Assembly (NCBI RefSeq): GCF_001194135.2
Contig: NC_068985.1
Location: 42,828,871-42,892,870, forward strand
DNA: 64,000 nucleotides
From: Octopus bimaculoides
Taxonomy: Eukaryota
Direction: 5' to 3'
Shown here: positions 37,919 to 49,630 of the stretch, piece by piece
Layout: each line of letters opens with the position of its first letter
Position numbering within the stretch: position 1 is the first letter of the stretch
Made by a program: the position numbers and the translations under genes
The notes under the pieces: generated by a model
Told to the model about the DNA's origin: nothing
Databases searched by the model: none
The model's input: only the letters and a program-made list of their open reading frames with translations

Positions 37919-38819
37919 GCAGCACTGTGCAATCTTCTCCCATTCCCTAAGCAAGTGAAACACTCAACTAAAAGCAATGCTAGTCCTAAAAATCTTTGAT
38001 AATCTTTCATCTAAACCACATTTTCAAAACTACAAACCTAAGATTAGACAAGATGCAGTCTCCAAGAGATTGTGCCATAGAAATCTGCTGTTGCTATAAA
38101 TACATCGTAAATGACTCTCTTTCTTTCTCTTCCTCTCTCTATTTCTTCCCCTCTTTCTCTAACTGTTCTGTTAGTGGTTTTAAACTACCCTGCCTCTTGG
38201 ATTGTTCGTCATTAATTTTGTTCAGTGCCTGCTTTTCCAGGTTTTTCATGGCTTAGACAGGAGGTAATTAAAGCAGGATTTTTATAGCCAGATACTCTTT
38301 CTGTCAGCAACTCTGAACTGATTTTCAGGCAAAGGATTTTTTTCCACAGGAATTCAAAAGCACAGAGCTAGTGGATGGGTTATTGACAAAACATGTCAAC
38401 AAAAATCATTGCTTACTAGCCAATGACATCACAAACAGTGATGTCATTGGCTTTCTGGCTTTAGATCAACATAGATTGCAAACATTCATACACACACACA
38501 CACAGACACGCATATATACTTACATATACATACATAGATATTTTCAATGGGCTTCTTTCAGTTTTTGTCTACCAAATTCCCTTACAAAGCATTTATTACT
38601 ATAGGGCTATAGTAGAAGTCATTTGCCCAAGATGCTGCACAGAAGGACTGAACTTGAAACTACATGGTTGAAAAGCAAGCTTCTTAATCCTGCAGCCATG
38701 CTTGTATCTATTATTTTCTTAACATAATATACTGAATGCCGTATACTCATGGAGGGTATACAAATTTGGCGACATTTACTCGGGATAGATTTGGTTTCAC
38801 TGTCATTTTGATTTCAGCT

Positions 38820-39002
38820 GATAGTGCAGAATTTGGCTGTGACTAAGAAACTTGCTTCTCAAAACATGTAATCTTGGGTTCAGTCCCACCGCATGGCACC
38901 TTGGGCAAATGTCTTCTACTATAGCCTCAGGCTAACCAAGGCCTTGCGAGTGGATTTGGTAGATGGAAACTGAAAGAAGCCTGTTTTATTTATATATATA
39001 TG

Positions 39003-39034
<32 letters not shown>

Positions 39035-39265
39035 TATGCATGTATGTATATATTTGTGTCTGTTTGTCCCCCCACCATCACTTGACAACTGATGTTGAGT
39101 GTTTATGTCACTGTAACTTAGCGGTTTGGCAAAACAGACTGATAAAATAAGTACTGGGCTTACAAAGAATAAGTCCTGGGGTTGATTTGTTCGACTAAAG
39201 GTGGTGCCCCAGCATGGCTGCAGTCAAATTATTGAAAAAAACAAAAGAGTAAAAGAGTAAAAGAG
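38820..39265 (+). mobile_element. SINE family A, full length
   Basis: Same head, body and tail as 36492-36870, ending gtaaaagagtaaaagag. Confidence 0.88.
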
Positions 39266-39299
39266 TATATATATATATATATATTCATTTAATCATTAT

Positions 39300-39565
39300 T
39301 TTTATCATTTAACATCCATTTTCCATGCTGACATGGGTTAGATGGTTTAACGGGAGTTGGTAAGGCTGGGACTGCACAAGGCTTCATAGTCTGTTCTGGC
39401 ATAGTTTCTAAAGCTGGACGCCCTTCTGAACACCAACCACTTTACAGAATGTACTGGGTATTTTCCACGTGGCACCAGCACCAGTGCGTTTTATGTGGCA
39501 TCAGCACACCATGTTATATATGACACCAGAACCAGCGCTTCTTGTGTGACACCAGCACTGGTATT
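39300..39565 (-). mobile_element. Family D retroposon with short internal gtggcaccagcacc repeats
   Basis: tcatttaacatccattttccatgctgacatggg...gctggacgcccttc...accaaccactttacag. Confidence 0.75.
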
Positions 39566-40673
39566 AACAAAATAACATACGGATAGGCATGTTCTTCAAA
39601 CTTTCATTTTATATTTAAAAAAATATTCAGACAGTGGATATTTCTAGAGAAAACTGGACTTGGTTTACCAGCTGATGATCAGAAACAAGTAACACTGAGT
39701 ACTGGAAATCGGAGCCTTTCAGTTATACACACATCTGGGCAAGTGTCTTGTTCTATTGTGTCAGGCTGGGCAAGTGTTTTGTTCTATTGCATCAGGCTTG
39801 CCAATGTTTTGTGAGTAGAATTGATACAAGCTGTTTGGAAACCCACTGTGTGTGAGTATGTATGCATGTGTGCATGTGTGTGTAAGGTACAGGCATGGCT
39901 ACACGGTTTAGAAGTTTGCTTCTGAAAGTTATGCCATTATGCTCTGTAGATCTGCATTTTCTAAAGTAGTGGAAATAAAATACCTTAGTTGTAATTGAAA
40001 AAGGTTGACATCCAAAAGACCATTCAGTTAAAAATAAGTAACTTATCCATCCTATTCCAGCATAGAAAAATGGATATATATTGAACTAATGAATATGCAT
40101 ATTTGACAGGTTTTTCACCTCTAAACAAGTTGGGAACCATGTTTCATTCATATGTTCCATTTTTTGTATAGTCTCTCTCACTGGATACCCTTTCTATCAC
40201 CAGTCACTTTGCATAGGATACAGGATGCATTCTGTCATAGCAGATAGAGAAGTTGTCATGGTCCAACTAAGACTGAAGTGTAGTCCTATACCCTACATTG
40301 TCTCAGTCCGTGAAATTTCTCACTGAAAGACCATCGGTTAACCCAAACTTACAATAGAACTCTTGTACCCAGTATACTAAGGAACATGATTTTTATGCAC
40401 AATATACATGCATGCGTGTATATATATGCATGCGTATGTGCACACGTGCGTGTGTGTGTGTGTGTATGAGAAAAATCCATTTTCGAGTTTTCATGGTGGA
40501 AAGGTAAACTGAGAACGCTGTTTTAAAGATTTTGAAAATCAAATATTGACAGAATGTTAATAATAGTCTTAGAGAGATATTGACCTAAAAAAAATCATTA
40601 ATCTAGACAGAAAGAAGTGAAATATATGATAAAGTACAAGTTGTGTGTGTTATTTGTGTGCACATGATTTGTT

Positions 40674-40716
<43 letters not shown>

Positions 40717-40818
40717 CAGCAAAAGACTGACTCAACCAAAATATAAATATTAGTCATCTCTACTGAAGTATTGAGTACTCTTTCTTCTGATAGTCAATGC
40801 TAAATATATATATCTCTC

Positions 40819-40854
<36 letters not shown>

Positions 40855-41199
40855 TACATATGTATTTGTAGACACTGGTACATAAATTATAAAGAAAGTG
40901 TGGTAAAAATAGACAGCCATAGACAGCCAAAGGCAGTGACATACCATAGAATCAGAGCTGGAGGAAATTAACATAGAATAGCATTTTCAAGGGGAAATAA
41001 AGAATGGTTCTACCTGGGTATTCTTTAACTAAATGATATAACATCTGCTGTCTCAGTGTGGCTGTGTGCATGCATGTGTGTAAGTGGTGTGTGGTTGTCT
41101 GTAGGGCTGTGTAATAATGATTGCGTGGGCGTGTGGGCATGTGTGTGGCGTATGTGTTATGTGCGGCTGTCTGAAGAGCCATTTAAGAAGGACTGTAAG

Positions 41200-41234
<35 letters not shown>

Positions 41235-41882
41235 TGTGTGTGTGTGTGGTGTATGTATGTCTGTAGTGTGTTTGTATAGTATATGTGGTTATTTTGTGTG
41301 TAGCCATTTGTAGAACTGTTTAATAATAACTGTATGTGTGATGTTAAGTATGTTTGTATGTGTAGATGTGTATGCCTATGTGTGTTTGTAAGCAGTGTAT
41401 GTGTATGCCTCAGTAAAGAGGTTCTATGGTTTGTGACTGCATAAACACATTACTCTGTGTGAATGTGTGCATATGCCTGTATATCTGTGTATATACATCA
41501 TTATCATCATCCTCACTTTTAGATCTTTTCCATACTGACATGAGCAGTAAGAATTATCACAATCCAAGGCAGTTCTTATTTGAAGTTACTGCTCCTCTAT
41601 AGAGGTTGGGAACCATGTTTTGTTCATTTGCTCCATTCTGGGTATAATTTCTCCGGCTGGATGCCCTTTCTATCACCATTCACTTCACATAGTGTACAGG
41701 AAGCATGGCAGATAGAAAGGTTGTCATGGTCCAACTAAGACTGAAGTGTTGTCTCTACCCTACATTGTCTAAGTTCATTTCCCCATGCATACACATCATC
41801 ATCATCATTTAACGTCCATATTCCATGCTGGCATGGGTTAGACAGTTTGACAAGAATCCAATGAGTTAAGGATTGCATCGTG

Positions 41883-42128
41883 CAGTGGTTCTTAACAATT
41901 TTTTGCCTATGGACACCTTTGATTCCTCTTTAACTCTACTGAGCCCCCATGTTAAAAAAAAAGCTCCAAACACTTAAAGTTTCTATAATTAAATATTATT
42001 AGGAATTGTATAGAAAAACTTAAAATATTTTGTGTATTGTAGAAGTATAACCTTATTTACATAAATTTCAACAACAAAATCTTATGTGGACTCTCAAGGG
42101 CCATATGGAGCCCAGTTGAAAATCACTG
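41883..42128. mobile_element. hAT/Charlie-like MITE nested in a family D copy (41790-42235)
   Basis: TIRs cagtggttcttaac / gttgaaaatcactg. The right flank ctctagtg resembles the Charlie target preference. No clear 8-bp TSD. Confidence 0.65.
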
Positions 42129-44269
42129 CTCTAGTGTCTGCTTTGGCATGGTTTCTATGGTTGGATGCCCTCCCTTATGCCAACTACTTTACAGCACAGA
42201 CTGGATGCTTTTTTCATGCCACTGACATGAGAGACATTGCTAGGTAGCTTTCAAAACTATGAAACCTGAAGAGGAGGTGGCTTTATCCTCGGCGATGAGG
42301 GGTAAGGTATAAAAAGAGGAGTGGGCAGAGCAGGTTCTTGCTGCAGAGGAGCTACATGGCTTCTCACATTTAGAGGAGAGAGTAAGGAAGAATCAGTAGT
42401 AGCAGAAAAGCAATAAATAATGGTGATGAGGTCACAGTTATGTTTTACTTGAATGAATGCAACAAGCTGGGTAGTCTGGGTTGTGATAGGTGAAGTACTA
42501 ACTTTATCTAAATAATTGATTATACTCTACAATATTTTTAGGGTACTCCTTTACTTGTTTGTGAGACAAAAGTGTGTTTGTCTATGAGGCTCTGTGGTTA
42601 AGACACTTGCTTCCCAAATACATGATTTCAAGTTCAGTCCCACTGTATGACAAATTCTGTCTGACACATGCATGTTGTAGTTTTTAAATAATGCCACCCC
42701 ACTGGCTAAGCAGGCAGGATGGTCAGCATTTTCCTTGAACAAAATGCCAGTCCATGATAGTGTTACCCATTTACATATGAGTGAACTGGGGCAACAGGAA
42801 ATGAAATGTTTTGTTCAAGAATATAATGCACCACTGGTCTGGGAATCAAAGCCATGATCATGCAATTGTGAGTGCAACACCCTAACCACTAATCCACATG
42901 CCTTCTTTAATGTGTATATATGCAGGTGTATATATCTGTGTGTGTGTGTGTGTGTGTGTTTAGTTAGCATTTATTAACTGCTGAGAAAAGATTTGACTAT
43001 AAGTACATGAGACAAATTTTGTAACATGCCATACAGTATAAGAATGAATACTACATTTCAATGAATTCATTCAGTCCAATACAATCTGGTTAGAAAATAT
43101 GTGAAATCATGTCCTACAAAATATACACAAGTTCTGTAAGTGTGACAGCTAATATCAAAGATTACTGAAGTCACATTCGACCCATAGTGGTGATGGTGGT
43201 GGTGGTGGTGGTGGTGGTGATGAGTAAGAATGTTGGTAGAGTTGGCAATGATGTTGATGCTGGTATAGGTGGTGGTAGGTGCAGTAGTGTTGGTGGTGAC
43301 GTTGGTGATGGATGATGTTAACAATGTTGTTACACTATTGCAAGGAGGTAATGGTAGGGGGCCCCGTTATCAAAGGAAGCTGGTAAGGATGATGAATAGG
43401 GGACAACGTTTACAGTATTTCCCCAGCTATTCCCTTGGTTTTTGTTGTTTTTTTAGCTGACATCTGTCAAAGCTTCAGTTTCCAGTAACCTCTTGTACTA
43501 CTACCACTACTACTACTAATGCTACTACTACTACCACCACCATCACTACCACCACCATCACTACTACCACTACAACCCCACAACATGCCATTTTACTATA
43601 ACTTCCACTACAACACATCACCTTACTATACTACACATACTATACCAAATTCTCTTTACTACAGCACACCATTTCACTACCACTACACCGAAACCATCTT
43701 TACTGCCACTAGACTTGGCTTCCCCCCCCCCTCTACCCTAGGTTTGATGTCAGCTGATACTGACTTGCTGAGTGGGAGGATGTCCTACCACATATCCCTT
43801 CCTTCACCACCAAACACAACCACCACCCCACCACAGCAGTAACCCATCTCTTCAACATATCACCAGATATGTTGACATAAGATATATGAGGGTCAGAAAG
43901 TGTCATCACCTGATGAATTAGTGTTGGTTAAACAGTGGATCAAACAAGTGCTCCCCCACTAACCATCCACACCTAGCAAAGGAAAAGAAAAACAGTTGAA
44001 AAGGTCCTTCCATCCTCCCACTCCCTCTAACTTGTGTTGTTGTTATTGTAATTTGTCAGCCAGTAGCAGAAAGAAGTTTAATGCTTTACTGACCACCACC
44101 ACCACCACCACCACTGCTGCTGCCACTATCATCATTAACATCATCATCATCACCGTTTACCTACACAGTGATGCAGATTCCTACAGAGCAAAATACATAT
44201 CTTGAAGAGGTGTAGGAAGAATCAACATCTTGAAAATTCCTGGTTCTTAAAGAAAATCTATATACATGT

Positions 44270-44278
44270 GTAAACTGT

Positions 44279-44310
<32 letters not shown>

Positions 44311-44700
44311 ACACACACACACACAATCATACACCCATACACATATACACACACACACCCATATACAAACATACACACACACACCCATACACATATACAC
44401 AGACCTATGCATACATCCATACACATTTACACACCCATACACCCATACACACACACAAATATATACATACACGCATATATACGTAGGCATACATACACAC
44501 ACACATACTGATACATACACCCATATACATACACACAAACATACACCCACACACATACACACAAACATATACACACACCCATACAAACATACACACACCC
44601 ATACACAAACATACACACACACACACACCCATACACACAGACCCATGCATACATCCATACACATATACACACACATACACCCATATACACACACAAATAT
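44270..44700. repeat. Compound (CA/TA) microsatellite block; a complementary TG-rich block lies at about 41060-41470
   Basis: Low-complexity sequence giving several spurious ORFs. Confidence 0.9.
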
Positions 44701-45059
44701 AAAAATTGCAAAGAAACTATATGAAATAATGATCATCAATTTGCCTGAAGAATACTCTATTTCTCATTTTGAACAAGGACCCAAAATAATTGAAATACAC
44801 ATCATCAAAAGAAAATATCCCTACTACAGAGATTAGATATTGTCATTAATGAAACTTTTGCAAACAAGAGAGCATCCAATCATCTTTTCCTGCCCAAAAG
44901 ACTTTGTCACAGAAGTGGAAACTCTTGAAATTATTGAAAACGTGGTTTCAGATTCCGTCTCATTGCACAGCATCCTGGTCGAGGGTTTTCCACAATGACC
45001 CTGATCTGACCAATGCCTAGTGAATGAATTTGGTCAATAGAAAGTGTAAGAAAGCCTGG

Positions 45060-45247
45060 TACCTGGTGACCTGCTGGTGCTGGTGCCATGTAAAAAGCAT
45101 CCGGTACACTCTGTAAACTGGTTGGCATTAAAAAGGACTTCAAGCTGTAGAAACCATGCCAAAACAGACAATGGAGTCTGGTGTGGCCCTTGGCCTTGCC
45201 AGACCCAACCCATGCCAGCATAGAAAACAGACATTAAGTGTTGAAGA

Positions 45248-45287
<40 letters not shown>

Positions 45288-45485
45288 TGTTTGTTCCCCC
45301 TCTCATCACTTGGTTACTTGTGTTGCTTTGTTTTCTTTACATTCCTGAAACTTAACAGTTCAGCAAAAGAGATCAATAGATTAAATACTAGACTCCTAGA
45401 CTAAAATAAAAAATTTGTTCAACTATCCCTTCAAGGCAATAACTCCAGCATGGCTGTCATCCAATGATTGAAACAAGTAAAAGAC
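45060..45485 (+). mobile_element. Family D copy (45060-45245) followed by a family A tail (45250-45485)
   Basis: gccatgtaaaaagcatcc...ccaacccatgccagcatagaaaacagacattaa, then (TG)n...cagcaaaagagatcaatag...gattgaaacaagtaaaag. Confidence 0.7.
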
Positions 45486-46489
45486 AAAAGGTAGGACTGT
45501 TAATTTGCAGAAACTGTTCTTTGCCATCTTTACTATTCCTCCAACTGCCAATGAAGAAGAGAACCTTTTCTGTGATGGGGGCTCTCTGTTACAAGTTTGA
45601 GTGACAGCACCAACAACAATATATGCTTCTTGAGACAATACTACCAATTTGATTGGAATACTTTTGAGTATTCGAGAAAAAATGTTTCATTCATAAATTG
45701 TTAGCTTTTCTACTTGAGCAGATATATACTTTAATGGAATAAATTTCTATGTTAATATTGTTAACTCATGTCCAAAACTCTGATAAATTAAAATTAAAAA
45801 AATAATGAAGATAAAGAGATTATAGCAATGTGAACAAAGGAAGTTAAGTAACCTTTATATATTTCAGAAGTGAATGGCTTAGAAGAGTAATCAACATGGC
45901 AAAATCTACATAGATTACATTTTTAAGTCAATCACTACTAATGATGGGCTTTTGCACATGAAATATATAAAATTCCTCTTTATGCATTGTTAGAAGCTCT
46001 CCATCTCCATTATTTGTTACTAGCAGAAAGACCACCCTCTGGACGAATTTCTGCTAGCCACTTGATAATATTTTCACATTTGATTCCTAATTCTAATAAT
46101 TTTTATATTTTACGTCTAATTATTTCATTGTATAATAGTGCTCACTTGTTTAGTAAATATTCCTTTCGTTATTTTATCACAGTCATATTCATTTTTAAAC
46201 AAACATCATGGAAGTCCAACCACAGAGGGAAAAGCAGTTTGTCAAGTTTTACCTTCCCCTCAAAGCAACATAGAGATTTCAATTCAGCAGCCCATCTATA
46301 AACCTTGCAGTGTCCGTGTGTGAGAGCGAGAACATTGCAAACAATGAATAAACTAACCATGAAATGAAAAAATCATATAACTTAAAGGGCATTACTACAG
46401 ATGTATACACTCCCGACTTTGTTGCCTCATAACATCCAGAAAAATGGATACTTTTTAACAAAATGTTCTACAAATACCATTTAGATATT

Positions 46490-47110
46490 GTGACTTCAGA
46501 GTATATAGGGATTTATAGGAAATAATTTTTCTGAGAGGGTGGAGAAGGGAGTTTCGGAAAATTCACACGATCTGACTTTTTTCCCTCGTAACTTTCAGGA
46601 AGATGGACATCTTTTAATGAAAATTTATACAAAAACCCTTTCAAATGGCATAGATTATGATTATAAAGAAATTTGAGGGGGAAATTTTTTCAGGGATTTT
46701 CCCCATTTTTCTTAAGCCACAGCTTTCAAAATGACAGGGTTGGGGGAGGGGCATCTTTGTATGAAAAAGTTTTGAAAACTCTTTTTTTTACACCTCCCTC
46801 CTTCATTATCCCAGTCTGGACCTATATTGGCCATTCTTTTTTTTTTTGCACTTCAAAACCATGGGAAGAGCATTTCCAGTAAAAAAATTTAAAAACTTGA
46901 TATTTTCAGAGGGAAAAGCGAGTGATTTAATGGCAATTTGGCTATTGTTTCTAGCACATCTAAAGACAACCCTCCTTGTTTCGTTATCACTCTTGCATGT
47001 ATTAATGTTTTTCAATATTTTTTCCCTATAAATATGTTTATATGCTATAAAATATAAAATTTGAGAAATGAATTTTTTGCAACCCAACTCCCTGCCCCCA
47101 ATTATTTCTG
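46490..47110. mobile_element. Unclassified non-autonomous DNA-transposon-like segment
   Basis: Composition shift with motifs such as atgaaaatttatac, ctttcaaatggc and cagctttcaaaatg, typical of such elements. No convincing TIR found. Confidence 0.3.
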
Positions 47111-47304
47111 TTTAGAAATTAAAATGTTGAAGAGCCTGAGAAGGTCATTGCTGGCATTTATCCACAATGATTTTAAAAAATTACACAGATGTACTTGCAT
47201 AGCAAGTGACTTGATCTGAGATCGTGTGCTGACACTAAAACAATTGCAGCATAGATGTTTGTAAGCCATTCAAGAACACACGAAAGACATTAGTTTCACA
47301 GCAC

Positions 47305-47475
47305 TACTTAAATACAGAGGCCCTAATGCATCTACATAATGATATGAAGGAGAGGGTTAGTTTTTAAGGCTAGGGTTAAGGTGTCATTACACGTCCACAC
47401 AGTGTACATTTAAAATGTTTTATACGTAACACCTGTATTTAAGCAGTACCGTTAAGGAATCTCTGTATTTAAGTA
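47305..47475. mobile_element. Small inverted-repeat element with a TTAGGG-like core
   Basis: 15-bp perfect IR tacttaaatacagag / ctctgtatttaagta, a second right arm at 47433-47447, and core agggttag...ggctagggttaagg. Confidence 0.55.
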
Positions 47476-48287
47476 TTACCAGTTTCACTTCAACATTAAA
47501 ATTTCACCCGCCAAGGCTGACTTTGCCTTTCATCCTTTCGGGGGTCAATAAATTAAGTAACAGTTGCATACTGGGGTCGATCTAATCGACTGCCCCCCAC
47601 CCTCCCCAAAAAATTTCAGGCCTTGTGCCTAGAAAAGAACATTAAAATTTCATTTATGTCAAAATATTTTCGTCGCTTTGAAACTGCAGCCTGTTCACAG
47701 ACAAAACTTCACAAAAGTGATGCAGCACAAAGTTTTGTCAGTGAGCACACACACACACACACACACACATTCATTGCCTTTCATTTGTGTGTATGTATAG
47801 CTATGTGTGTGTGCGAGTGTGTATTGGTGTGTGTATGTGTTTCACTGTTGAAGTTGCTCATGCAACTTGTTTGTGTATATATATATTGCTTTCTTTTAGT
47901 ACTTTTAGTAATAGTTACATACCTAATTAATAAGTAGCTTTCTCCATTATAGTATAGATTTTACTTCTGTACCATAATGCTTCAAGCAAAGTACAATGCT
48001 CAACAATAAGAGAGTAAAAAAACTGAAAGATGAAAATTGGAATCTGTTCTGTTCTTAGGAAGCTGGGATTCTTTTTTGCTTATTATTATTTTTTTTTTGT
48101 TGTTGTTTATTTGTTTGCTTTCCCAGGAATGATAAGTTCTGAGACATTGAGAATCCCTAGGGTTACTTTTCTTTTTAATGAAACAAAATATGTATTCCAT
48201 TCATAAAACAATAGGTCAAGTGTCAGTTAAAAATAATATCTGTAAATAATGAAGTTTAAATATATTTTAAAGACTTAAGTTACTTAC

Positions 48288-48331
48288 TCGTTTAAAAAAC
48301 TCCCCAGCTGATTCACAAGTCTCTCCTTGTC
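48288..48331 (-). CDS. BICC1: BICC1 coding exon (44 nt, phase 1/0): (G)QGETCESAGEFFKR
   Basis: Strong acceptor ttgttttcttctattttag with a branch-like ctcac upstream, perfect donor gtaagt. Resembles BICC1 GKGRSGEDFFQK and joins in frame to IMKET. Confidence 0.85.
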
Positions 48332-48516
48332 CTAAAATAGAAGAAAACAAAGTGAGATTTTTATTTATTTGTCAATAAACAGGACCAAAATTTCTTATTG
48401 TTCAAGGATGAAATGAAAAGAAAATGTCTACAAATATTGACTGAATATAGTTACATACTCCTGTTCATAGATCTTTCTTCCTCATGAACTACTGCCAACA
48501 CCACCACCATTTAGTA

Positions 48517-49431
48517 TTGGGTCATCCCATAAATAATGTGGGGTTTTTTATACTTCTTTTACTTTTCAAAATTAAGATAAACAAAGTTCCTGTTTAATCT
48601 AAAATATACATTCCTTTTTTTGCAGTATTCTTCCATCTATCTGGTAGACTTGCAAGGCCCCTCTTCCAAAATTCACTTGTCCATGATGAAAAATACTCCT
48701 CCAGTACTGTTCTGACCTCATCTACAGAATTCATATTTTTTCTGTCCAAATGATTTTGAAGACTGCAGAATAAAGGATAATCAGATGGGGCAATGTCCAA
48801 CGGATATGGTGGGTGGGGCACCGTTTCCCATTCAAACTGCTCCAGCCTTTGAAACGTTATCTTCGTTGTATGTGGCTGGGCATTAGACTCAGAAAGTTTG
48901 TGAGGAACCCATTGACCCAATTTGCTGACTTTTCCGATGGCACACAGGTGTTGATGAATGGTTGAATGACCAAATCTGAGCTTCTCTGCTAGTTCCTCAA
49001 CAGTTACGATGAGATTTTGTTCCACCAAGGTTTGCAGGACGTCCTAGTCTACAAATCTACCAGGATAAGGCTTGTCTTCTAGGCTATAGTTTTTGGCTCG
49101 GAATTTCTGGAACCACTGTTAACACTGGCTTACACTTATTGTCTGATCCCTGTATCCTGCATTAATATTCTTTACACTTTCTGTTGCATTGTTGCCTTTA
49201 TTGAACTCATAAAGCAAAATATGCCAAATAGGCTCCTTTGTCACTTCCATTATAGCATTGAAAAAAATAACTTAAAATCGAACTGCACTCTTCAAAATTT
49301 GCACTAAGAATAAGGCAAAGCAAAATTACTACCTGCTTTTATAGCAAATTGATGCAGGTAGTTTATCCCATCCACTTCCGACTTTTAGTGCATGCAATTG
49401 AAAAAAAAACCACATTTATGGGATGACCCAA
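48517..49431 (-). mobile_element. Internally deleted mariner (DD34D class), 915 bp
   Basis: TIRs ttgggtcatcccataaat (18 bp perfect plus extension) with TA TSDs at 48515-16 and 49432-33. ORF 48594-49028 has WVPHKL, PHPPYPLDIAPSDY and LPDRW, but the catalytic core between them is missing. Confidence 0.92.
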
Positions 49432-49444
49432 TAATAATGATAAT

Positions 49445-49630
49445 GGTTTCAAATTTTGGTACAAGGCCAATAATACTAAAAGTAGATAACAGTGACCCCC
49501 AGTATTCTACTGGTACCTATTGTATTGACTCTGAAAAGATGAATGGTAAAGTTGACCTTGGTGGAATTTGAACTCAGAGCACAAAGAGTTGGAAGAAATG
49601 CCACTAAGCATTTTGTCCAACACACTAACA
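49445..49630 (-). mobile_element. SINE family C
   Basis: ttttggtacaaggcc...gacccccagta...aaagttgaccttggtggaatttgaactcagag. Confidence 0.75.

Larger units (their letters stand above)
10585..48287 (-). other. BICC1: About 37.7 kb intron of BICC1
   Basis: Interval between the 44-nt and 70-nt exons. No further BICC1-like coding sequence is needed or seen in it. Confidence 0.8.

Noticed and set aside
44161-44739. 192-aa Cys/Val/Tyr-rich ORF and overlapping His/Thr ORFs
   Set aside because: Translations of compound dinucleotide repeats.
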